In this document: in pieces, positions 26,799-36,327 of the stretch
How positions within the stretch are numbered: the first letter of the stretch is position 1
Layout: each line of letters begins with the position of its first letter
Source of the DNA: Microbacterium sp.
Lineage (GTDB): Bacteria; Actinomycetota; Actinomycetes; Actinomycetales; Microbacteriaceae
NCBI GenBank assembly: GCA_040392075.1
Contig: JBEBWQ010000001.1
Coordinates: 1 to 48,923, forward strand
Direction: 5' to 3'
DNA length: 48,923 bases
Made by a program: the position numbers and the translations under genes
The notes under the pieces: generated by a model
Seen by the model: only the letters and a program-made list of their open reading frames with translations
The model's database searches: none
What the model was told of the DNA's origin: nothing

Positions 26799-29405
26799 AT
26801 GGCCGTCGCGTCTGATCGGGGTGGAGCAGGTAGTTCGTCGGGATCGTTCCTCGCGGGGGTTCGGGTTCTCGAGGTCGCTGACGAACTGGGGGAGTACTGC
26901 GGGAAGGTACTGGCGGGCCTGGGCGCCGATGTGGTCAAGGTGGAACCGGTGGGGGGCGAGGTGACGCGATCCTACGGCCCGTTCCTGGGCGACGAACCTG
27001 GACCCGATCGCAGCCTGTACTTCTGGCACTACAACTTCGGCAAGCGCGCGATGGTGCTGAACCTCGAGTCCCCGGAGGGCCAGGAACGCTTCCGATCTCT
27101 CGCGAAAGTGGCCGACATCGTGATCGACACGCGACCGCGAGGCTGGATGGAAGAGCGCGGACTGGGCAGCGAAGCGTTGCGCGCCATCAATCCCGCGTTG
27201 ATCTACTCGAGGATCTCCCCGTTCGGCGACGAGGGACCCTGGAAGGACTATTCCGGCAGTGACCTGGTGCATCTGGCGCTGGGCGGCGTCATGATGAACT
27301 GCGGATACGACCCCGATCCCGAGGGTCACTATGAGACCCCCCCTATCGCTCCGCAGATGTGGCAGGCCTACCAGATTGCGGGCGAGATGGCCGCGATGTC
27401 CACGCTGGCTGCTCTGATCTACCGGCTGCGCTCGGCGACCGGACAGCTGGTCTCGACGAATGTGCACGAAGCCGTGGCCAAGAACACCGAGACGGACTTG
27501 CCTGACTGGATCTATCTCCGCCAGACCCACCATCGTCTGACGTGTCGTCACTCCACGCCGCAAGCGAGGAGTCATGGGATCGTCCGGACGAAGGATGGCC
27601 GCTGGATACTTCCGTACACGACATATCTCAAGGGGTTTCCGGACGCGATCCCGGGTTCCGTGCGCCTCCTGAAGAAGTACGGCATGCAGGCTGATCTCGA
27701 GGATCCGAAGTATTCGGATCCCGAGTTCCGTGCCCGCATCGAGGTCCGCGACCATTTCGGCGAGGTCCTGGAACGCCTTATCCGTTCGCTGACATCCGAT
27801 CGGAACCTGTGGATGGAGGCGCAAGAGGAAGGATTGCCGTGGGCGCCCGTGCGGCGCCCGGAGGAGAACGTCACCGATGAGCATTGGCAGGCGCGTGAGA
27901 CGTTCTTCGACGTCGATCACCCCGAGCTCGGCCGCTCATTCACCTACATCGGCGCTCGGTGGTACGCCCCGGGACTGCCCTGGCGGAACGGGCCGCGACC
28001 GCCTCTTCTGGATGAGCACACCGAAGTGATTCTGGAGGAGTGGACCGAGCGATCCGAAGCGCTGCGGGCATTGCCGGCGGACCCGGTCGATCCTGCCGAC
28101 GAAGTTCTCAGCGTTCACGGCAAGCCCTTTGCTCTGGCGGGAGTGCGAATGGTCGATCTGTCCTGGCAGCTCGCCAGCGCCGGCGCCGGCCGATTCCTCG
28201 CCGCCCTGGGGGCCGAGGTCATCAAGGTGGAGCACGAGAGCCGCTGGGACGGCATGCGATTCGGTCTGGGCATCTATCCCGACGGCGGAAGGGCCGTCCG
28301 AGACGCGGCCGAGGGACCCCTGCCGACGCCGACGTGGGAAAGCCCGAACCGTTCGGGCTCCTTCATGGAGATCAATGCGGGAAAACTGGGGATCTCGCTG
28401 AATCTGAAGTCCGAGCAGGGCAAGCACGTCCTCACCGACCTGATCAGGAGCGCGGACGTGGTGGCTGAAGGGTTCTCTCCGGGCACGATGGAGCGGATGG
28501 GCTTCGGCTATGACCGGCTTCGCGAGATGAATCCCGGCATCATCTATGTCCAGCAGTCCGGGATGGGGCAGCACGGGACCTATGGGAACACGAAGAGTTT
28601 CGGCCCGACGGCTCAAGCTTTGACGGGATTGAGCGACATGTCCGGACTGCCTGACCCGTGGCAGCCGGCCGGGATCGGTTACTCGTACTTGGATTGGTTC
28701 GGCGCGTACAACATGGCCAACGCCACGCTTGCAGCCCTGTACCGGCGTCGATCCACCGGTCGCGGCTGTTGGATCGATTCCTCGCAGGCCGAGACGGGCA
28801 TCTACCTGACGGGCACCGCGGTCCTGGACCACAGCGCCAATGGTCGCACCTGGAGCCGCTATGGCAACCGGTCCCCGTACAAGGCCGCCGCTCCGCACGG
28901 GGCCTACCGCGTCGCGGGCGATGACCGGTGGATCGCGATCGCGGCCTTCACCGAAGAGCAGTGGAATGCGCTCGCCGAGATCCTGGGCGATGTCGCGTGG
29001 GCATCTGACGAGCGCTTCGCCACTCTAAAGTCACGTCTGCAGAACCAGGATGCCCTGGACGAGCTCATCTCGTCGGCCACCGAGGCCTGGGACGGCGTCA
29101 CCCTGATGCAGGTACTGCAACAGGCCGGCATCCCGGCAGGGGTCTGCCAGGACGCACAGGACCGCGTCGAGAATGACCCGCAACTCGCCCATGTGAAGTG
29201 GCTGGTCGAACTCGAGCAGGAGGAGATCGGCGTATGGCCCATCAAGGACTACCCGGGGGACTTGTCGATGTCGCCTGCGCACATCGGTGGTCGCTACAAC
29301 CGCTCGGGGCCGTCGTACGGCCAGGATACGGACTATGTCCTCACGACGATCCTCAAGTATCCCGAAATCCAGGTGGAAAACCTCAAGAGCGCTGGCGCGA
29401 TCTAA
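26799..29405 (+). CDS. Tandem two-domain family III CoA transferase
   Basis: Two CaiB repeats (LAGVRVLE..GADVVKVEP; LAGVRMVD..GAEVIKVE); catalytic Asp evident only in domain 2 (YLDWFGA). Confidence 0.92.
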   Translation: MAVASDRGGAGSSSGSFLAGVRVLEVADELGEYCGKVLAGLGADVVKVEPVGGEVTRSYGPFLGDEPGPDRSLYFWHYNFGKRAMVLNLESPEGQERFRSLAKVADIVIDTRPRGWMEERGLGSEALRAINPALIYSRISPFGDEGPWKDYSGSDLVHLALGGVMMNCGYDPDPEGHYETPPIAPQMWQAYQIAGEMAAMSTLAALIYRLRSATGQLVSTNVHEAVAKNTETDLPDWIYLRQTHHRLTCRHSTPQARSHGIVRTKDGRWILPYTTYLKGFPDAIPGSVRLLKKYGMQADLEDPKYSDPEFRARIEVRDHFGEVLERLIRSLTSDRNLWMEAQEEGLPWAPVRRPEENVTDEHWQARETFFDVDHPELGRSFTYIGARWYAPGLPWRNGPRPPLLDEHTEVILEEWTERSEALRALPADPVDPADEVLSVHGKPFALAGVRMVDLSWQLASAGAGRFLAALGAEVIKVEHESRWDGMRFGLGIYPDGGRAVRDAAEGPLPTPTWESPNRSGSFMEINAGKLGISLNLKSEQGKHVLTDLIRSADVVAEGFSPGTMERMGFGYDRLREMNPGIIYVQQSGMGQHGTYGNTKSFGPTAQALTGLSDMSGLPDPWQPAGIGYSYLDWFGAYNMANATLAALYRRRSTGRGCWIDSSQAETGIYLTGTAVLDHSANGRTWSRYGNRSPYKAAAPHGAYRVAGDDRWIAIAAFTEEQWNALAEILGDVAWASDERFATLKSRLQNQDALDELISSATEAWDGVTLMQVLQQAGIPAGVCQDAQDRVENDPQLAHVKWLVELEQEEIGVWPIKDYPGDLSMSPAHIGGRYNRSGPSYGQDTDYVLTTILKYPEIQVENLKSAGAI

Positions 29406-29454
29406 GGATCGATCATCGGATTCCGAACTAACCCGCCAGAGACGAGGAAGACCA

Positions 29455-29937
29455 ATGCCCTATAGCAGCGCCAGCCCCCGACCAGAATCGGGTGCCAATG
29501 CCGTTCACGGCAAACCCATCCCTGATCCCGATGACCCACTGACCGGTCCGTTCTGGGCAGGGGCGAATCAGAAGCGACTGCTGATCCAGCGGTGTGAGCA
29601 GTGTGCGAGATTCCACCACCCCCCGGTCGGCATCTGCAAAGATTGTCTGTCCACGGACCTGACGTTTGTGGAGGTGACAGGTGACGGTCATGTATACAGT
29701 TTCGCGGTGGTGAAGGATCAGCGTATTCCGGCGTTCGACGCACTCGTGCCGTATGTGGTGGCGTCCGTCGAACTCGACGATGCCCCGGGGGTCTTTCTCC
29801 AGACGAATCTGCCGGGAACGCCGATCGACGGCGTTCGTTCCGGTTTGGCGGTGACGGTCGACTTCGAGGAGATCTCACCCGGAGTCAACATCCCGCAGTT
29901 CCGTCCGAGGGAAGGGGGTGACGACGATGTCGAATGA
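29455..29937 (+). CDS. Zn-ribbon/OB-fold (DUF35) protein
   Basis: PFW, QRCEQC...PP...CKDC, GHVYSF and PYVVASVEL. Confidence 0.9.
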   Translation: MPYSSASPRPESGANAVHGKPIPDPDDPLTGPFWAGANQKRLLIQRCEQCARFHHPPVGICKDCLSTDLTFVEVTGDGHVYSFAVVKDQRIPAFDALVPYVVASVELDDAPGVFLQTNLPGTPIDGVRSGLAVTVDFEEISPGVNIPQFRPREGGDDDVE

Positions 29938-31093
29938 GGGCGCTCGCGTGGCCGTCGTGGGCTTCGGCCATTCCAAGGTCTATCGCCGAGCGGAGGAGCC
30001 CCTCGGGAAGCTGGCGGTGGAGGCTGCGCGTGAAGCGGTTCGGGACGCCGGGTTGGACATGTCCGACATCGACGGTATTGCGACGTCGCCCGTGCATCCC
30101 GCGGAAGGGGTCGGGGCTGTCGACGGGATACATATCGTGTCCACCGACTTCATGACCAAGGCCTTGGGGCTTGATCCGAGCTACTCGGACCAGGGGACGT
30201 TCATGCTCACGCAGGGTTTTTTCCAGGCGATGAACGCCGTCGCAGCCGGCGTTTGCAAGTACGCTCTGGTGTTTCGTGCGCTTCACAATCCGGACGGGCG
30301 ATACGGGCGGGTCAGTCCTGGCCGCGCTTATGGAACCGACCAGTGGTTCACGCCCTACGGATCGACAGGTCCGACCACCATTGCGCAGCAACTTCGTCGG
30401 TACATGGAGAAGTTCGGCGGCACCAAGGAGCAGCTCGGCACATTCGTGGTTCGCAATCGTGACCAGGGGCTGAAGAATGAGAACAGCTACTGGCGCCAAC
30501 ATCGGCCGGAGAGGCTCACGCTGGACGAGTACCTCGGCGCACGTCCGATCAGTGAACCCATGGGCATGCTGGATTGCGACATTCCGATCCAAGGCGCCGC
30601 CGCCTTCGTCATCACCTCTGCCGAGCGCGCGCGAGATCTGACCGACAGACCGGGTTATGTCTTGGCGAGTGCCGTCTCGCCGGAGTTCTTCTCGGATGTC
30701 GGGTATCCCGAGACCGTTGAGTCTCAAATCGACGTCGGGAGGCTGATGGCCGCCCACCTGTATGCGAACGGGCAGGTCGGCGCCAGGGACATCGATGTCG
30801 CCAACCTGTACGACGGCTATTCAGCGAACGTGCCGTTCTGGGCGGATGCCATGGGATTGTCGGAGGAAGGACAGGGATTGCAATGGATCGCGGACCCGAG
30901 TATTCCGCTCAATACATCGGGCGGGAATCTCGGTAACGGGCGGATGCACGGAGTGCCGCACATGATGGACGGCGCGATGCAGGTGATGGGGCGTTCCGGC
31001 GCCCGTCAGGTCGAGGGGGCGGAGCTCTCGTTGGTGTGTATCGGCGGGACCCATCACGCGGGCGTGATTCTGTTCGGCAGTCGGCCGCAGTGA
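29927..31093 (+). CDS. Thiolase-fold protein, Ltp2-like (probable aldolase)
   Basis: DIDGI, LDCD, LYDGY and LNTSGGNLG..RMHG; no nucleophilic Cys; overlaps the DUF35 gene. Confidence 0.82.
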   Translation: MSNEGARVAVVGFGHSKVYRRAEEPLGKLAVEAAREAVRDAGLDMSDIDGIATSPVHPAEGVGAVDGIHIVSTDFMTKALGLDPSYSDQGTFMLTQGFFQAMNAVAAGVCKYALVFRALHNPDGRYGRVSPGRAYGTDQWFTPYGSTGPTTIAQQLRRYMEKFGGTKEQLGTFVVRNRDQGLKNENSYWRQHRPERLTLDEYLGARPISEPMGMLDCDIPIQGAAAFVITSAERARDLTDRPGYVLASAVSPEFFSDVGYPETVESQIDVGRLMAAHLYANGQVGARDIDVANLYDGYSANVPFWADAMGLSEEGQGLQWIADPSIPLNTSGGNLGNGRMHGVPHMMDGAMQVMGRSGARQVEGAELSLVCIGGTHHAGVILFGSRPQ

Positions 31094-31155
31094 GACTGTT
31101 GCGGGGTCAGATGGTCGACGGCCCGTGATCGGATGACAACACGTGCGCACGAGAA

Positions 31156-31185
31156 GACCCCCGCCGACCCGATTCGGCGGGGGTC
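31156..31185. terminator. GC-rich hairpin after the last island gene
   Basis: 12-bp stem GACCCCCGCCGA/TCGGCGGGGGTC. Confidence 0.7.
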
Positions 31186-31381
31186 CGCGGCTGTCTGCCG
31201 CAGGCGGGGGCAGAAGGCCCTCTCGCGGGCGCGGGAGCCGACGACATCCCTGGGACGGCTGCTCCGCGCCCTTTCAGTCTCACCCGAGGGTGTTTCCGGG
31301 GGATGAACGCCCGGCGACGGGAGTGTGTCCGTGCTCGGTGGAGCAGGCCGGAGCGCGAACCGCTCCGCCTGTCGGGAGCCT

Positions 31382-31414
31382 CGAGTGCCCGCCGAGCTGC
31401 TCGGCGGGCACTCG
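31382..31414. terminator. Hairpin downstream of the nucleotidase pseudogene
   Basis: 15-bp perfect stem CGAGTGCCCGCCGAG/CTCGGCGGGCACTCG. Confidence 0.75.
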
Positions 31415-31432
31415 TCCCTCCTCCGGGGGAGG

Positions 31433-33588
31433 TCAGGAGACGCGGCGTCGGCGTACGGCGAGGGCGAGCCCGCCGCCCAGCAGGAGCAGCGCCCCCGCTC
31501 CGGCGAGCCACAGCGGTGCGGCCTCACCGGTCGTCGCGAGGTCGTCCGACCTCGGCGTAGGCGAGAGGGTCGGCTCGGGCGTCTCGGCGGGAGTCGGCGA
31601 GGGTTCGGCCTCGGTGGCCACGGGGAACGGCAGGGTCAGCATGGTGCCGGCGTCCGGTACGACGACGCGCAGTTCCCGGTCCCCTCGGCACTCGCCGGAA
31701 CGGTGAAGGAGACCACCGCGCGCTCGGTCTCGTCGGTGGTGTCCACGGGGGAGGCGTCGATCTCGGCCGAACCGAGGACCGCGTCCCCGAGCCCGACCTC
31801 CACCGTGCCCGGTGCGGCCTCGCCGCCCGTGAACGCGAGGGAGGACAGGCTCAGCGTCACCTGCTTGCCCGGCGCGTAGGCTCGCCGGCGGGAGCGCTGG
31901 GCGAGATCGGGGGAGGCGGTGCCGTTCGCGTCGAACCAGTCGACCGTCGTCCGCAGGTCGGACAGGCCCGTGTCGCGATGGTTCGCCCCCTCGGCGAAGG
32001 TGAACAAGCTGTCGCCGCCGCCGGCGAGGAAGGAGTTCGCCGCCACCGTGTAGATGGCGTCGGGGTCGACCGGCGCCCCGTTCAGCGTCATGGAGGTGAT
32101 GTGCGCGGTGCGCCGGGGTCGTAGGGGTAGGAGAGACCGGCCGACACGCCGAGCTTCAGGAACGGCCGGCTGGCACCGTCCGGCTGCCACTGCTCCTCCA
32201 GCAGGCTCTTCAGCTGCGCGCCGGTGAGGTCGACGGTCATCATCGTGTTGGCGAAGGGCTGCGCCTCGGCCGCTTCGCGGAACGTGACGACGTCGTCGAC
32301 CGGACACCGGGCGGCGAAGGTCAGATCAGTGCGGATACCGCCCGGATTGATCATCCCCGATGTCGGTACTGGTGGCCCACTGGTGCACCTCGGCGATGAA
32401 GTTGCCGATCGTGGACTCGCCGCCGCGGTTCTCGGCGCCGGTGCTCTGGCGGGCGCGGTTCAGGTCCGCGGTGATCGTGCCCACCTGCTCGGCGCCCAGG
32501 ATGTCGGCGACCCGCTGCGCATCGGAGACGATGTCCTCCACGGCCGTCACCGGCTCATAGAGCGGACTCCCGTCCGCATCGACGAGGGGACGGTTCTCGT
32601 AGTCGGTCGCGAGGGCCTCCTTCGTTGCCCGGTCGACCTGGAAGGTCATCAGCCCGTAGCGCTCGCCATACTGCCCGGCCGAGACCACGAGGCGCCCGTC
32701 GATGCGGTGCGCATAGGCGAGGTGCGTGTGCGCGGAGATGATCGCGTCGATCTGCCCGGTCACGCCGTAGACGATCTCTCCGAGGGGAGAGCCCGGCGTG
32801 ATGCTGCCGGCCTCGATGCTGGCGGCCCCCTCGTGCACGCGCAGGATCACGATGTCGGCCTCGCCGTTCGCCGGGTCTCCGTCGCGCAGGTCGTCTGCGG
32901 CCTGGTTCACCGTGTCGACGATGCTGCGCACTTCGAGCCCTGCGATGTCCTGGGGTCGCACCAGCGAGTCGAGGTCCTCGGTGACGGCGCCGACGACGCC
33001 GACCCGCACGCCCTCGAGCTCGGTCACCCCGCCGGGCGCCATGGCCGGCTCGCCCGTGTCGGTGAGGAACACGTTGGCGCTGATGTACTCTCCGTCGGCC
33101 CGCGGGATCACGCGGTCGCGCAGATCGGCCCAGCCCTGGGCGAAATCATGGTTGCCGGCCGCGCTCACCTCCAGACCCGCGGCGTTCAGGGCGTCGATGG
33201 TGGGGGTGTCGTTCTGGATGAAGGAGGTGAAGGGCGTCGCCCCGATCAGGTCGCCGGTCGCCTCGAAGATCGTGTTCGGATTCGCCGCCCGGGCGTCCCG
33301 CACCGCACCGGCGAGGACCGCCGCGCCGCCGGCGCCGCCGCCCAGTCCGATCCGGCCGTGAAAGTCGTTGACGGTGAGCGCCTGCAACACGATGGGGGAG
33401 TCGTTCGCCACGGGCACCACGGAAGCGAGCGCCTCATTCGCCGTGGAGACGGGTCGTCCTCGGTGGTCTTGAGATCGACGTCAGTCGTCTCTTCCGCGCC
33501 TGTCGTCGGTGTCGTCAGCGCGAGGGAGCCGAGCGCGAGCGCGCTGATGAGAGCGGCCGAGGCTGCGCGGAGCGAGTGTGGAGCGCAT
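31433..33588 (-). pseudogene. Frameshifted sortase-anchored bifunctional metallophosphatase/5'-nucleotidase
   Basis: Fragments in different frames: signal peptide; NDFHG, GDLIG, GNHDF, AHTH, RGGES; NPGGIR, PFAN; NSFLAGGGD; LATTG-TM-RRRR anchor. Confidence 0.85.
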
Positions 33589-33721
33589 GGTGTCCTCTCC
33601 GGATCTGTCTTGTCCTCGGCTGAAGCTTTCATCTTCTCGACGTCTCTTCTCTGCGAAAGGACCTCCCCGACGGATCGCCGACCTCCTGGCCGCGAGGTGC
33701 GCGACAGCGCCCCCGCGGAGG

Positions 33722-34057
33722 TCAGCGGGGTGCGGAGGCGACCTCGACCGACACGGTGAAGTCGCTTGCTCCGGCCTCGTGCTTCAGCCGGACGATCGCG
33801 TCGTAGACCGAGCCCGTGCCCGGATCGGTCAGCGCGCAGAGCACGCTGGTGCCGTCGACGAGGTCGATCGTCTCGTCGCCGCAGTCCATCTCCGGGCGCT
33901 CGCCCACCTGCGCCTCCAGCGCATCGGCGGCGATGTCCGCGACCTGCCCGGGCGTGACGGTCCGGTTCACCGACACCGTGCAGGCGGAGAGCAGGAGGGT
34001 CACGCCGGCGAGGCCGAGTCCGAGCAGGATCGATGACTTCGTCGCGGGGCGCAGCAT
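33722..34057 (-). CDS. DUF4333-like lipoprotein
   Basis: Lipobox LLLSAC; two further Cys (MDC..VLC); leaderless-type promoter. Confidence 0.72.
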   Translation of the reverse strand: MLRPATKSSILLGLGLAGVTLLLSACTVSVNRTVTPGQVADIAADALEAQVGERPEMDCGDETIDLVDGTSVLCALTDPGTGSVYDAIVRLKHEAGASDFTVSVEVASAPR

Positions 34058-34178
34058 GCCCTCAGGCTACCCGCGGTCCGAAGCGCGACGAATGGGGAGT
34101 TCTCCCCATGTCGGCCGGGTGCGCGCCCGGGTTACGATCGTGGCGGTCGTGATCCGGTACGGCAGTGAGGCGGCAGTG

Positions 34179-35270
34179 ATGGGCAAGAAGATCGGCATGG
34201 ACACCCACCGGGTCCAGTCGCTTCACTCCCGGCTCTCGGCCACCCGTGCGACGCTCGGCGGCATCACCGCGGAGACGGACCGGGCCGCTCGCGCGTCCCA
34301 GTCCCCCGACTCGTATGGCATCGAGCCCGGGCAGCTGGTGATCGCCCCCTGGTCGATCTCGGCCTGCTTCACCGCCGCCGCGCAGGTGAACGCCGCATCG
34401 CAGGCCGCCGACCGGCTCCTGACCCAGCTGCTCTGGGACATCTCCGAGCAGGACGTCGTCAGCGGCGCCACCGGCTTCGGCGACGGCCTGACGATCGAGC
34501 GCGGTCTGGACGGCAGGAGCAGGATCGTCGCGAAGGCCGAGGCGGAGGCGTTCGCCGGCGCCCGTGCGGAGGGCTCCATGAAGGGGTCCGTGGGCGACGT
34601 CAACGCCGAGATGAAGGGCGAGGCGTTCGCCGGCGCCGGGGCGAAGGCCGACGCGAAGGCGACGCTCGGCAGCGACGGGCTCAACGCCTCCGCGAGCGCC
34701 GAGGCCTATGCCGGCGCCGGGGCCTCCGGCTCGATGAAGGCCGAGACCGAGGGCGGTTTCGCCTCGGTGGGGCTCTCCGGCGAGGCGTTCGCCGGTGCCA
34801 AGGCGTCCGCCGAGGCGGACGCCCACGTCGGGCCCGGCGGTGCGAGCGTGAAGGTCGGCGCCGAGGCGATGGCCGGTGCCAAGGCGGAGGGCAAGATCGA
34901 TGCCTCGGTCGGCCCCGTGTCCACGCAGATCGGCGGTGAGGCCTTCGCCGGCGCGAAGGCCGACGCGAAGGCCTCCGCCCAGGTCGGTCCCGACGGCGTC
35001 TCGGCCAAGGCCGGCGTGTCGGCGTTCGCCGGGGCGAGCGCGGAGGCCTCGGTGACCAACGAGGTGCTCGGCGTGCAGAGCAAGGTCGGCGTGGGCGTGA
35101 CCGCCGGCGCGGGCGTCGAGGCGAACGCCGGTGCCGAAGCCTCCTGGGATAAAGTCGGGGTGAAGGCCAAGGTGAAGGTGGCCGTCGGCGTCGGCGTGGC
35201 CTTCGACATCGATCTCTCCTTCAGCCCGAAGAAGCTGTCGGAGGACATCGGCAAGCTGTGGCCCTTCTGA
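34179..35270 (+). CDS. Ala/Gly-rich repeat protein, possible type VII secretion substrate
   Basis: About 100-aa helical N-terminus with no signal peptide, then about eight EAFAGAKA-like repeats. Confidence 0.6.
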   Translation: MGKKIGMDTHRVQSLHSRLSATRATLGGITAETDRAARASQSPDSYGIEPGQLVIAPWSISACFTAAAQVNAASQAADRLLTQLLWDISEQDVVSGATGFGDGLTIERGLDGRSRIVAKAEAEAFAGARAEGSMKGSVGDVNAEMKGEAFAGAGAKADAKATLGSDGLNASASAEAYAGAGASGSMKAETEGGFASVGLSGEAFAGAKASAEADAHVGPGGASVKVGAEAMAGAKAEGKIDASVGPVSTQIGGEAFAGAKADAKASAQVGPDGVSAKAGVSAFAGASAEASVTNEVLGVQSKVGVGVTAGAGVEANAGAEASWDKVGVKAKVKVAVGVGVAFDIDLSFSPKKLSEDIGKLWPF

Positions 35271-35340
35271 TCCGATCGTCCCCGCTCCCCTCCCCGACAC
35301 AGATGCTGTCATCCTCCCCAGCTCGAAAGGACCCCGAGTC

Positions 35341-35817
35341 ATGACGCAGCGAGCCGCCTTCCCGGGCGAGGTCTTCCCTGCTTTCCCCGCCCTGTCGGTC
35401 GATCTGCCCGACGACTGGGACCAGCTGGTCATCGCCGACACGGTGCTCGCCGGAGGAGCCCCGGAGGAGCCGGGCGTGTTCCGCACCAACGTGTGCGTCT
35501 CGGTGTCGCGCACGCCGGGGTCGCGGACCATCGAGGAGGCCGCCGGGGCCGTGTCCGGAGCGCTGGAGGCCGCGCCGGAGTACGCGGAGGTCGGACGCGC
35601 GTTCCAGGAGGTCGCGGGTGCGCCGGGCTTCCGCATCGAGGGCTCCTTCGCCGCCCTCAACGCGGGCACGCTCTACCAGGCCGCGCACATCGCGGTGTTC
35701 AACCACGGAACGGTCTGCGACACCGTGACGGCGGTGGCCACGGTCACCGCCTCGCGCGCGCAGGAGGCGGTGCCGGTGCTGCGGGGCATCCTGGACTCGC
35801 TCCGCCACGACGGATGA
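35341..35817 (+). CDS. Hypothetical protein, LpqN/DcrB/PsbP-like fold
   Basis: SVDLPDDW, FRTNV, VAGAPG and ILDSLR pattern; GAAAGGA RBS. Confidence 0.55.
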   Translation: MTQRAAFPGEVFPAFPALSVDLPDDWDQLVIADTVLAGGAPEEPGVFRTNVCVSVSRTPGSRTIEEAAGAVSGALEAAPEYAEVGRAFQEVAGAPGFRIEGSFAALNAGTLYQAAHIAVFNHGTVCDTVTAVATVTASRAQEAVPVLRGILDSLRHDG

Positions 35818-36254
35818 CGGCCGATCTCGCCGGAGCGCAGGCCGCGCTGCACGAGCTGGCGGCCCCCGGCGTCGAGGTGCGGACGGAGGGCACGGTCACC
35901 CGTGTCGTCGTCGCGTATCGGGACAGCACGGGGGCGTGGGGCGGGGTCACCCGGCAGGCCTCCGCGCTGGAGTTCATGGTCGTCTTCGACCCCGCCACCG
36001 GCGAGTACCGGATCGACCCGGTCGAGCGCACGGCGGTGGTCGGCCACGACTCCGAGGGGTCCTTCGCCGGTCTCTCGGTGACCCGGACCCGGGGCACGGT
36101 GCGGGTCTGGCAGAAGGAGTCGGGCACGCGGCTGGGCGAGGGCGCCTATGACGCGACCTTCCTCTCCCAGCAGTGGGAGGACGCGGTGATCCAGCGCGTC
36201 GAGGCGCACGGCTGGACGCGCCGCCGCGGGTTCTGGAAGCGCCTGTTCGGTTGA
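35814..36254 (+). CDS. Hypothetical protein with C-terminal amphipathic helix
   Basis: ATGA overlap with the upstream gene; ends RRRGFWKRLFG. Confidence 0.65.
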   Translation: MTADLAGAQAALHELAAPGVEVRTEGTVTRVVVAYRDSTGAWGGVTRQASALEFMVVFDPATGEYRIDPVERTAVVGHDSEGSFAGLSVTRTRGTVRVWQKESGTRLGEGAYDATFLSQQWEDAVIQRVEAHGWTRRRGFWKRLFG

Positions 36255-36327
36255 CGGACCGGGGACGTCGGCGCGGGCGCCGGGGTGGGTCCTTCGGTGC
36301 GAAGCCGCCGACCGATAGCATGCCCCC

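Larger units (their letters stand above)
3110..31140. other. Putative horizontally acquired catabolic island
   Basis: Visibly more A/T-ending codons than the flanking genes; functionally coherent gene set; no integrase or att repeat seen; boundaries approximate. Confidence 0.6.

Noticed and set aside
31433-33588. Programmed frameshifting in the nucleotidase
   Set aside because: Too many breaks plus apparent deletions, and no slippery sites noticed; decay is simpler
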